A stretch of 64,000 nucleotides of DNA, from the NCBI RefSeq assembly GCF_009914755.1, contig NC_060927.1, one strand, 5' to 3'. Each line of letters opens with the position of its first letter. The first letter of the stretch is position 1. Shown one piece after another: positions 40,769 through 57,419 of this stretch. This DNA comes from the human T2T-CHM13v2.0 reference genome, Homo sapiens. The translations under genes and the position numbers were made by a program. The notes beneath the pieces are model-generated. The model was not told the DNA's origin and searched no databases. It was given only the letters and a program-made list of their open reading frames with translations.

Positions 40769-43700
40769 ATGGTACAAACTCAGAGAGATGTCACAAGAAA
40801 AAGAGGTATAGAAATGTTCAAAGGTTTCTCTAAGACCACAGAGGTAATTAGGGGCAGAACCAAGACTAAAATCCTGATCACCTGGTTCTTCATCCAGGGC
40901 ATTTTTCTCCACGTGAACATACTTTTGTAGAGAAAGTTAAAAAGAAGAAGAAACAGAAAACAATTTTATTTAGAGTAACTCCCTCATAGAATGAGTTTTT
41001 TTCCTTAAGAAATCATTTCCTTAAATGTTTCCTTAAGTGCTGTATTAGAATTTAAATCTTATATCCTAAGGGATTGAGTTTCAGTAGCACCTCTATGACC
41101 CTAGGCAGGTAAGGAATCACCCTGAGCCTGTTTTATCACTGGTTAAAGAGCAGTAACTCTGGTTCCCTCCCAGTGTTGCTGTGCTAACACCTGGAGCTCA
41201 TCAAAAGCAATGTTCAACAAATAAGCATCATCATAAATCCCAGGGATAGGAATTGAGCCACACACAGGGTGACTGTGCTAAGATACAGCATTTTCTGTGA
41301 CCCGAATGGTCAGTCAGGATGTATGGTTGAAAAGAAACAGCCACTGAAATATTCATCCAATATATTACCCCCTTACAAACAAGCATGTTCTGTTTCTCTG
41401 AAAGTACTCTCCTATCCCTGCTCTGTTGTCTATTCCTGACTCTTAAGATCCACACCTAGAGGACTAAAGATAGAACATACAGGATTGAAGGGGGCTCATG
41501 GTCCCACATTACAATCCTCAAAAAATGACCTTAAAGACAGACTAGCAGGTGAAAGGGTAGAGACAACATAGGTGACATCACCAAGAGTCACACATACCAA
41601 ATATCAAAAAACAATTTTCTGTTTATCTCTCTCCCTTCTCCCTTTTCCCTACTCAGATCCAGATCTGCTACTGCATACATATCACCAAGTCATACCCATT
41701 CTACTTCCAAACGTTTCTCAACGTTATCTCTATCCCATCTGGCCATATCTAGATCATCTCATTTAATGGTCATTCATGCATTCACCTAGCCAACATTTTT
41801 GAGTGCCTAAAAAAGTACTAGATTGTTTGAAATGCTCAGAATTCCATGCATATTCAATTGCCCAGACCTTTGCTGTTCCCCTTTGAGTAGACTCCCCTTC
41901 TAACCTGACAAACTCCTATTTGCTCCTCGAGGCCCTGCCTTTTTCTATGATCCCATAGCAAGTTGTCCATGCTTCCATTACAGCTAATATCTATTTCCTC
42001 GATGCCTAACAAGTGCCTACTATTCAGCAGGTGCTAAGTCAAGGGTAGATGAAGAGATGTCTTTTCTTTTGCCTTGGAATTGGTTATGTTTCAGGAACCA
42101 GTCTAACCACCCGATCTGACAGTTATAATCAGACCATTACTTTATTTTCACTCAGTATTTGAACTTCTCTCAAGGCCCAGTTCACATGCAATGCACCACC
42201 ACCACAACAAAAATGTGCTCAGACACTCCAGAACAAAACAAAGACCATCCTTCTGAGTCACAGCCATACACAAAGAGCATAGACTGGACTCCTTACAGGA
42301 TTAGAGAAGACTAGAACTATATCTTGAATGTTCCTTCCTCCCCTTTCCATTCATTCAACAACATTTATTGAGCACTTAATATGTGGCAAGTACTGTTATA
42401 AGAACTTAAACATTTATAATTGAATATTTATCTAAACCATGAAATCCTAAACAAATAGATGGACTTCCAGTGGAGAAATGCATCTGTGGAACCCCAGAAA
42501 CAGTTAAAAAAAAAATCCAGTGAGTAAATACGTTTTCCTGAGAGAGAAAATGGCTTTCAGCAGATTCTTAAAAAGTCCCTGATTCAAAAAAAAAATGTTG
42601 TTCTATATTGCCCTACACCCTGCTTAGAATAATAAATATTTATACCTGAACAAGTTCCAACATTTTGTTATTTGCTATATAAAAAGAATCCTCTCTCATT
42701 AAAAGTAATGGCAAAGCTTTTGGACTCCTGGCAAGATGGTCAAATAGGAACAGTTCCGGTCTGCAGCTCCCAGTGAGACCAATGCAGAAGGCAGGTGATA
42801 TCCGCATTTCCAACAGAGGTACCCGGTTCATCTGATTGGGACTGGTTAGACAGTGGGTGCAGCCCATGTAGGGCAAGCAGAAGCAGGGTAGGGCGTTGCC
42901 TCACCCGGGAAGTGCAAGGAGCTGGGGGAGCCCCCCTCCCTCAGCCAAAGGGAAGCCATGAGGGACTGTCCTATCTGTCCCAGATACTATGCTTCCCCCA
43001 TGGTTTTTACAACCCACAGACCAGGGGATTCCCTCACTTGCCTACACCACCAGGGCCCTGGGTTTCAAGCACAAAACTAGGCAGCTGTTTGGGCAGACAC
43101 TGAGCTAGCTGCAGTTTTTTTTTTTCATACCCCAGTGGCACCTGCAACCCCAGCGAGACAGAACCGTTCACTCCCTTGGAAAGGGAGCTGAAGCCAGGGA
43201 GCCAAGTGGTCTCACTCAGTGGGTCCCAGTCCCACAGATCCCAGAAAACTGAGAACCACTGGCTTGAAATTCTCACTGCCAGCAAAGCAGTCTGAAGTCG
43301 ACCTGGGATGCTTGAGCTTGGTAGGGGGAGGGGCATCCACCATTACTGAGGCTTGAGTAGGTGGTTTTCCACTCACAGTGTTAAGCAAGCTGCCGGGAAG
43401 TTCGGCAAAACTCACCGCAGGGCAGCGAAGCGGCTGTGGCCAGGCTGCCTCTCTAGATTCCTCTTCACTGGGCAGGGCATCTCTGAAAGAAAGGCAGCAG
43501 CTCCAGTCACGGGCTTATAGATAAAACTCCCATCTCCCTGGGACAGAGCAGCTGGGGGAAGGAGCAGCTGTTGGCACTACGGCAGACTTAAATATTCCTG
43601 CCTGCTGGCTCTGAAGAGAGCAGAGAATCTCACAGCAAAGCTCTGCTAAGGGACAGACTGCCTCCTTAAGTGGGTCCCTGACACCCGTGCCTCCTTACTA

Positions 43701-44029
43701 GGAGATATCTCCTAGCAGGGGTTGACAGGCACCTCATACAGAAGAGCTCTGGCTGGCATCTGGTGGGTGCCCCTCTAGGACAAAGCTTCCAGGGAAGGAG
43801 CAGGCAGCAATCTTTGCTGCTCTGCAGCCTCCACTGGTGATACCCAGGCAAACAGGGTCTGGAGTGGGCCTCCAGCAAACTTCAGCAGACCTGCAGCAGA
43901 GGGGCCTGTTAGAAGAAAAACTAACAAACAGAAAGCAATAATATCAACATCAACAAAAAGGACACCCACTCAAAAACCCCATCCAAAGGCCATCAGCATC
44001 AAAGATCAAAGGTAGATAAATCCACAAAG

Positions 44030-45055
44030 ATGAGGAAAAACTGGTCCAAAAATGCTGAAAATTCCAAAAACCAGAATGCCTTATCTCCTCCAAATGATCG
44101 CAACTCCTCTCCAGCAAGGGCACAAAACTGGATGGAGAATAAGTTTGACAAATTGACAGAAGTAGGCTTCAGAAGGCAGGTAATAACAAACTCCTCTGAG
44201 CTAAAGGAGCATATTCTAACCCAATCCAAGGAAGCTAAGAACCTTGATAAAAGGTTACAGGAACTGCTAACTAGAATAACCAGTTTAGAGAAGAACATAA
44301 ATGACCTGATGGAGCTGAAAAACACAGCATGAGAACTTTGTGAAGCATACACGAGCATCAATAGCTGAATCAATCAAGCAGAAGAAAGGATATCAGAGAT
44401 TGAAGATCAACTCAATGGCATAAAGGGTAAAGACAAGATTAGGGAAAAAAGAATGAAAAGGAACAAGAAAAGCCTCCAAGAAATATGGGACTATGTGAAA
44501 AAACCAAACCTACAATTGATTGGTGTATCTGAAAGTGATGAGGAGAATGGAACCAAGTCGGAAAATATACTTCAGGATATTGTCTAGGAGAACATCCCCA
44601 ACCTAGCAAGACAGGCCAACATTCAAATTCAGGAAATACAAAGAACCTCACTAAGATACTCCTTGAGAAGAGCAACCCCAAGGCACATAATCATCAGATT
44701 CTCCAAGGTTGAAATGAAGGAAAAAATGTTAAGGGCAGCCAGAGAGAAAGGTAAGGTTACCTATAAAGGGAAGCCCATCAGACTAACAGTGGATCTCTCT
44801 GCAGAAACCCTACAAGCTGGAAGAGAGTGGGGGCCAATATTCAACATTCTTAAAGAAAAGAATTTTCAACCCAGAATTTCATATCTAGCCAAACTAAGCT
44901 TCATACACAAAGGAGAAATAAAATCCTTTACAGACAAGGAAATGCTGAAGGATTTTGTCACCACCAGGCCTGCCTTACAAGAGCTCCTGAAGGAAGCACT
45001 AAATATGGAAAAGAAAAAACAGTACCAGCCACTGCAAAAGCATTCCAAAATATAA
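44030..45055 (+). pseudogene. L1 ORF1p, disrupted by stops and frameshifts
   Basis: ORF fragments MRKNWSKNAENSKNQ... and RRATPRHIIIRFSKVEMKEKMLRAAREKG... Confidence 0.95.
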
Positions 45056-45118
45056 AGACCAACAACACTATGAAGAAACTGCATCAACTAATGTGCAAAA
45101 TAACCAGCTAGTATCATG

Positions 45119-48923
<3,805 letters not shown>

Positions 48924-49149
48924 ACAATGAGAACACATGGACACAGGAAGGGGAACATCACACACCAGGGCCTGTCAGGGAGTTGGGGGCAAGGGGAGGG
49001 AGAGCATTAGGGCAAATACCTAATGCATGCGGGTCTTAAAACCTAGCTGACGGGTTGATGGGTGCAGCAAACCACCATGGCACATGTATACCTATGTAAC
49101 AAACCTGCATGTTCTGCACATGTATCCCAGAACTTAAAATATTAAAAAA

Positions 49150-49192
49150 AAAAGTAATGGCAAAAACTACAATTACTTTTGCACCAATCTAA
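49150..49192. mobile_element. MADE1 (Hsmar1 MITE) half-element; its first bases lie at 42697-42715
   Basis: Spacer plus one TIR (aaaagtaatggcaaaaactacaattacttttgcaccaatctaa) followed by TA. Confidence 0.85.
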
Positions 49193-49779
49193 TAAAACAC
49201 CTTGTTCAAGCTTAAGAGATGCATATGTATTAATCTGTAAGTAGGCTCTTTAAGTATATGTAAGCCTTTTGTAAAGGATATTTGTCTCTTAATTTTTAGC
49301 ATATAATAAACTCTCAAGGACACTTGAGGCTGTTTTCTGATTTTTTTTCTTTCTTCTCACTGACTAAGAACAGTGCTCTCAACACAGTGGAGACTCGGTA
49401 ACTTACCAACCATCTTGGTGCACTTCAGAGCACAGGTCTAAGGGGCAGCAGGGTGCTTTATAGATTAAAGTGACTCCAAAATACAAATAAAATTATTAAA
49501 TTCTCTTCACTGTCCTCTCTAGTTCCTAAATGACATGTATATGCTTGGTGAGCATCATGTCAAATAAAACAAAACAAAACAAAAGCATGCACTTTGAAAT
49601 CAGACCTAAGGACCTCAGTTCCAGGCTCTCCTCCTCAATTACCAGCTGTGTAACCACAGACAAGGTGCTTGACCTCTGTAGGCCTGTCTTCTACCTATAT
49701 AATGGATTTTGTCAGAATTGAATGAGACATGCCTAGCAAAGTGTCTGCTCCATAACAGATGCTTGTGTTCATAATTGGT

Positions 49780-50160
49780 GCTGTTTACGAAGGATTTCCA
49801 GCTCTGTCCTCTTCCAGTCAAACTTCCCTGCCCTCTGAAATTTGGGTATAGAGCCATATGACTTGCTTTGGCCAGTGAAATGGAAATACGAGTCATCTGT
49901 TTCACTTTGAGAATCAGTATATGAGCTGCCATTTCCCTTTTCTAATGCTCTAGAGATAGTGGAATCACATGTTGAGATGAAGCTTCACTTATCTGTGTCT
50001 CTGCATAACTTCAGTGAGTGAAGACACACCAACCCCCACACAGATACCAACCTAACTTTGACCTGTAGCCAAAGCAAGACATGAGCTTTTCTTGTACAAG
50101 TCACTGAGATTTGGAGCTTATTTGTTACAGTGATATAATCCAGTGTATGCTGACCAATAC
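49780..50160 (+). mobile_element. MLT1-type MaLR LTR
   Basis: gccatatgacttgctttggccagtgaaat...aagtcactgagatttggag...tttgttac...ctgaccaataca. Confidence 0.75.
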
Positions 50161-50644
50161 AGTGCTTAATAAATATTAGCTCTTTTTCCCCATTAAGTCT
50201 CATTAGCTGCACATTTCCCTCTTGCATTTTTTTCTTAGAAATTGGTCTAATCCCAAAGTTTGTTCTGACATGAATGAGTTTGTTTCCTTGATGGGGCATT
50301 TGGGCAAGAAGCATATAATTTATATAGTTTTTTTAAATTAAACTTTTATTTAAAGGCAATTTAAGGGGATGGGGTTTATAATCTTTCCTTATGCTGCACT
50401 TTCTAGGTCCTCTAGAGCTACTGCTTTTTATCACTTTTTCCACTTCCATATATCAAAATACCTCCAGAGTTAAACAGCTTCACATTAGATTTCATGATCT
50501 AGCTAGATCACTTATCATAGAAATGGAAGGTTAAAGTTGTATTGTGAATATATGTATGTGTAGGGGTTAGTGGAGGATTGTTGTTACTTCCCATTATTAA
50601 TGTAGATATAGAATGAACGGATCATCAATCTGAGAGGGTAGCAG

Positions 50645-51200
50645 CATTTCCCAATTATCTGTTGCTGCCTAACAAACTGCCCCAAAACGTAGTGGGTTAA
50701 AACAAAAACCATTTAATTTTATCTCATAATTTTTGTAGGCCAGGAATTTGAGAAGGATCAATTCTCAGATCACTAGATCATCTGCTAGATGATTCTTCTG
50801 TTCCATATGGCATAGATGAGGTCACTCAGCGGTGTTCATCTGGCAGCTAGAAAGATCTAAAGAGTCCAAGATGGTTACAGTCACATGTCTGACGCCGTGG
50901 GGACAACATCTAGAAGGCAGAGCTCAGCTGGGTCTGTTAACTGGAGTGCTGACACGGTAGTTTCAGGGTAGTTAGATTTCTTACAGGGTGGGTCAAAGGT
51001 TAAAGTTCCCAGAGAGAATGTTCTAACACATAATATGCAAGACTTCTTATGACCTAGACTTGTAAGTCCTAGAACATCACTTCTACTGAATTTCACCAGT
51101 CAAAGAAGACCAGTAAAAGGCATCCAGCTCTCACAGAAGGAACGGTAATTCCATGTCTCAATGAGAGTACCAGCAAACATTTGGAACTATCTTTTTTATA
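50645..51200 (-). mobile_element. MLT1-type MaLR LTR
   Basis: tgttgctgcctaacaaactgccccaaaacgtagtgg...gtccaagatgg...catcacttctact. Confidence 0.7.
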
Positions 51201-54049
51201 CCATAGAACCACAATCTCTTCAACGCTTCTCTGATTCCCTAAGATATCATTAGGTCCAAAAACTCCAGTCACTACGTTAACATTTAACAAGCAAAAAGTA
51301 ATTCCTTTACAAGTTTAAATGCCTTCCTTTTTGCCCCAGAGGGTTATCTGAACTCATTTACAAAACTTTACTGTGCTCAATATTTTTCTTGGCCCTTCAG
51401 TTGCACTCTCTACCTTTGCTATATTCCCTGGAAGTCTGGTCTCTAAGGGTACCTTGCCCTTAGGTTTCCATCTGGGGGCAGTCAATGGGGGACACTGGCA
51501 GGGAAGCAAAGACCAACAGGAGAGTGAGCAAGACCATTGCCCTTCAGCTTCCAAGTCACTGTAGTTGATCCCATTCCTGTAGCTGAGCTAAGGCCACAGC
51601 CCCAGGCAGGCATGCCCCTCTAGAATGACAGCTATTTTCTCTAGTCCCAACAATTTCCCTCTCCCCTTGTTCCTTCAGACTTACATATGATTTGCCTTTG
51701 TTTCTCTTGCATTTAGCTCAGTGTCTGGCACTTGGTAGGTGTTTAATGAATGTTTACAGAAAGAACTGTTGGATGAGTGGGTAAATGAGAGAATGGCAAA
51801 GGACATACATTTAAGAGAAGAAAATGTTCATGGCAACTGAGTGTCAGGATTAGGATTATAAAACTTCTTATCTTCTATCCTTTAGAGAGAGAGGGAAAAA
51901 AAAAGAAAAATCAACAAAAAGAAATACCTATCTTCTCAGAAGACAGTAAATGCTGTTCTTTCAGAGACGCTGAAGCCAATGAAAATACTAAGGGTTACAC
52001 ATCAACACTCCCTTGGCGCACAAAGGTCTCACTGGCAGCAACAAGTACATACTTCTGTATGACTGAAAGTCTATAGTTCTCTGCCCGATGAATTCCTCAA
52101 GTTCAGCTAGCCAACTTGGAGCCTCATCATAGCACTTACAAGCAGAGTTTCTTTGTATGAGGTAAAGTGCAGAGAGCTAGAACAAATGCCAATCCCCAGT
52201 GATCTTTTGTCCCCTTTCAAATAAACAGATGGCATTATTGGGAACATGGAATTCTGGTCTTTCCTGTTGGAATTTCAAAAGAAAAACATCGGGCCCCCAA
52301 GGAAGCTGCTGCTCTCATGGAACAAACGGTGCCCCTCACATCCGAGAAGAATCATTCAACAGTGTCAAGGGGCTAAAAAACCCATTCCTACAGCTCACAA
52401 CAGGACCTAGTTGAAGACACAAAGGGAGAAGGCCATATGGTACAGAGCTCTAAATGGCTCTATTTTTAAGGTAGCTCTGAACTGGGCCAGAAGTGATCTA
52501 GGCTCTCATCCTGCATTTGTTCTTCCCTCCCTAGCTGACCTCAGGCAAGCTACTCATGTTTCTAGGATTCTACTTCCTCCTCCATAAATGGGAAGGCTGG
52601 ACCAGATGTTCCCAGTGAACTTATCTCAGATCTGCCATTCTGAAATCACAAGTCTCAAAGCGTGGCAACAAAGCACTAATACAATCGGTTTTACTCCTAA
52701 TCTTTCTCTGAAGTCCCAGCTTTCTCATATATTTTTTTAAAAGAATTGGAGCATACAAAGGTCTACAACTAGCTTAAGTCTCACCTTTTATTTCATCAAT
52801 GTACATACACCCCTTAACTCACCTTTTTGGCCCTAAAAATCCCAACTGGTTGTAACAGCAGAGTGGGATTTAGCATAAACTCACAGTGTGTGTGGTGACC
52901 TGGAAAAAAGTCATTTTGTACAACGGATCTGTGGTATCATAGCCATCTTAAAAGATAATGAAACCTGAGTTTAAAGGAAGAAAAGAAAGGCTGGAGATTT
53001 TCAGCTGTGTTCAAAAAGATTTTTAGGTGATCTTGAAAGAATTCCTGTCATTTCAAAGTTCTACCAAGCCTCTGTTCTATGGACTGTTTCTTCTCCCCAG
53101 AGTCCATCTATGTAGGGTGCAAAAAAAATGTCAATTTTTTCCCAAGAAGAATCAATGTAGTAATAATAATAATAGAAATATGTGATGATGATGATATCTG
53201 ATATTTCTATAGCCTCTGATATGGATCAGGCATGATTCTAAGTGCCTTACATATATTGATTAACTTATTCTTCAGCACAGCTTTTAATGATAGATACTAT
53301 TATCATCTCCATTGGCAAACAAGGAAGCTGAGAATCAAAAAGTTTAAGTAATTTTTTCAAGGTCTCCCAGCAGAGCTGGTGGCAGAGCTGGTATTCAAAC
53401 CCAGGCAATTTGATACCAGTATTAATGTTTTCAACTCAGTATACTGAATGACTTCTCCCACATCAAAATGTATCCATTCCAAAGAAATCTGGAAAGAATG
53501 TTTTGAACAGTTATAGCAGTGGAAGAATGGGCATGAATTTTTATCTCTAAGGTCAATTTAATTTGTTTATCTACTTAACTATTACCCAGGAAGAATAGGA
53601 ATAACGTCAAAAGCATTTATCTTGTCAAAAACATAATTGGTTTGCCAAGCGTAACGTTATTTTTTACCCTAAGAATAGAGCAGATTGTCAAGCCACAAAG
53701 TCTGCATTCCTGGGCTCCTTACCCTATTTGAAAAATGTTATCCCAAACTGCAGTCCCAGACCAGTTTCTTTGAATCACCATGGCAACGAGAGTCAATAGA
53801 GATACCTCCATGTAAATTTACAAGGGAAGGGCTGTCATTAAAATCCTGTTTGTGGTAGAAAGGAGGTATTTGGACAGAATCTGTCCTACCAGAGACTTTT
53901 CATTCTAAAAAGGGAAACACTCTTGCTTTTGTCAGAACTTTCTGTTCTCAGGTCTTAATACATTAGTTTCTTTTTTCTCTCCCTGGAAGAGGTTAATGAA
54001 AGTCCTTAATTTCTATTTTCCTTCACAATGGTAATTGTAAAATGTCTTG

Positions 54050-54200
54050 TGCACATATATGTGTACATATGTGTTATGTGCATATGCCTGCATCTATACA
54101 CACATGTGCATGTATGTATATACGCATCTACAGTGAATGCACATGTATATACATACAATGTGCACATACACACACCTAATACATGCATGCACATATGTAC
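54050..54200. repeat. Degenerate alternating purine-pyrimidine (TA/TG/CA) tract
   Basis: Visible in the sequence. Confidence 0.75.
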
Positions 54201-54497
54201 TGACTTCCCAACTCTCCTTGTCATAGCACACTCAGCTTAAATGACTCTAACAGATGACCTGCTTGTCTGGAAGTAAATTCAGCTGAGAAAAGATACCAAG
54301 CAGCATCTACCTTCTCTGCCTGTAATGAGAAAAGGGCCAACTCAAATGTGATCTGATTCATTAAGGTTACCATTCACAGAAAAGTCTCTGCTTGCTCCTC
54401 CCTGCCTCCCATACTCTGTGAACAGGGCCAAGCCTATCTGCCCATTGTTTCTCTTGCCACCTCAGACTGTTCAAAAGGGATTAAAGAAAAAGAGATG

Positions 54498-54800
54498 GGC
54501 TGGGCCCAGTGGCTCACGTATGTAATCCTAGCACTTTGGGAGGCTAAGGCAGGTGGATTGCTTGAGCTCAGGAGTTCGAGACCAGCCTGGGCAACATGGC
54601 AAAACCCTGTCTCTACAAACAGTACAAAAATTAGCCCGGCGTGGTGGTGCACACCTGTAGTCCCAGCTGCTCGGGAGGCTGAGGGGGGAGGATGGCTTGA
54701 GCCTGGGAGGTGGAGGTTCCCATGAGCGGAGATTGCACCCCTGCACTCCAGGCTGGGTGACAGAGCCAGACCCTGTCTCAAAAATCAAATAAATAAATAA
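54498..54800 (+). mobile_element. AluJ
   Basis: gattgcttgagctcaggag, cctgggcaacatggc, ggaggatggcttgagcc; (AAAT)n tail. Confidence 0.93.
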
Positions 54801-56552
54801 GTAAAGAGAAATAAAGACAGAGAACCATCAAATTTTTTTCAAAATTCGTATTATTCATTTTTAACAATGGCTTTAAAACCGTCATCAAATTGAGATTGCA
54901 GCCTCAGGGGAGTTGGCAAAACCTATCCTGCAAGAGAGAACCGCCTGTCAAATTTTAACTAGGTTCTGGGGCTTTTAAATGTCCCTTTCAACACTAAGCC
55001 TGCAAGTTAAGAGAACCCAGTCAAAGTCATGAGGAGAAACAGGAAGCGATAAGAAAGTCAGCCTCCAGGCAATATAGGACAGAAGCACAGGTTTTCATGG
55101 TGTGATAGAAAAACCCCGGTTGGCAACTTGAGTGAGTTACCTGGGCATGAGAATGACTTCTCCTAGCTGCCTAGTCCTTCTACTTTGGGAATGGGGAGGA
55201 TTGGATTCATTTACCCGAGGCTTCTCCCATTGCTATCAGCCTAGGCTTCTATGAAAACATTCTAAAACTATGACAAGCCCTGAGTGCAGCTGGCTCTAAC
55301 TTCTTCAGCATAGTTCACCTCATATCCAGGGAAATCTACCCACACTGCTTCTGCAGGCCCTGAATGCCTACACTGCAGAAATAAACACCGTGACATTTAC
55401 ACCTATGGAGGGAAATGAAAGGTGACCCTGAAAAGAATCAGGTAATTTTGTACCAGTTGCTATCCTAAGGGACTTTGTAAGGTAGGGAAATCAGAGTATA
55501 GGCTGAAGTTCTTAGCACTTCTGTTTGTGTATTCGAATCATAAACATATATATGCATGCATAGATATGTATGCCTAGTGTACGCAGAACTTATCCAACAA
55601 ATATATCAGGTTATGAGGAAATGACATGCAAATAAGGATGACCATCACATCATGGCTTGTAACAGTGAAATAAACAAACATAATAAACAATAAATTAAAT
55701 AATTTAAATGTCCTCTGATACGGTGCGGTAAAATAGATAACATATCCATACTATGCAGTTGTGACAAAGATTAAAGTAGACTTATGGATGCTGATATTTA
55801 AAAAAAAACTATAAGACTTTTTTTAAAACTTAATAATCTGTCAATATTGTTGGTTTTTTTTTTTTTTTTAAAGAATGCACTCTCATTCTTTTCTCCCTCC
55901 CTCAACCTCCTGTAAAACATTCTACCTTAAAGTGTTTCTAGAAGGGTCACAGTGGTATTAATGATTGTATATGGGAAAGAAGGCTAGGGTCAGAAGCCTG
56001 GGCTAGGAGTGAGACTTACTTTTGTAGGGTTTAATTTTTTTTTTAATACTTAGACCATGGCTTATTTTTCCAATTAAAAAATAAGTTTGCTTCATATAAA
56101 AACAAACAAACAAATGAAAACACAACAGCAACAAAAACTTTGATAAAGTTCACCAAAGCTCTTTTCCCTTTATAAGACCACTATGTGGCAATTTGGGTCT
56201 GAGATGCTCTAAAAGAAAAAGACTTTGGTTTTTATTATTTTAAAGAGAGTGAAGATTTTAAAAAGTAGAAGAGGAGGAGAATAGAAGGAAAGAGAAAACA
56301 AGCCTTCTCCTGGGGTGTATGTCAGAATATTACATCTAGCATCAACACACAAGAGGAAAAGCAATTAAGGGAAGCTCAGGGGGAGAAATCATAAAAAAAG
56401 ATCAAGGAAATTACTTCTGAGTTAAAGCCAAAGGAAATGACCTGATTGTATAACGACTGGAAAGTATTTGGCAGTTGGCTTTTACATATCTGAAAGGGAT
56501 AAACAGTTAACACTAAAAACACCAAACACTAAAAAAAATTAATAAGTGATAA

Positions 56553-56871
<319 letters not shown>

Positions 56872-57419
56872 ACATTATCATTCTTAATAAACCCACTTTA
56901 AGTAAAACTTCCTCATTCTTTTTCCTAAGAGTCTTTGTAAAGATGAAAATCAAATATTAACTAATTCTTCTGAGCAACAATATTCAAGCATCTTGGAGCT
57001 AAAGGGTAAAGGAGACACAGTGAGAGGGCTCCAAAGTTGCACTTAAATTGTTTCAAAGTGGACCAAGTTACCACATAGTTGATGATTAGTCCAAGCAAGA
57101 CACCATTTTGTTGTCACAGTAATAAACAAGATACAGTAATAATTAGCTATGACAGCACCTTCTCCTTTCAGGGTTGTGAAAAGTAGCACAGGATAAGAGA
57201 CACTCATACCTCAATTAGAGCCTACAACTGAAGTTGCATCCTATGCTTAAAATTCAGTGAATTTACATTTGACAATCACCCAAAAAAGAAACTATCTAGC
57301 CACCTCCCATACCATGCAAACACACACACACGCACATACATATACACCCAAACACAAACACATACAATAGAAACCACTGCTATGGTATTCAGTTTCAAGC
57401 ATCTCCTCTATGCGGTTCT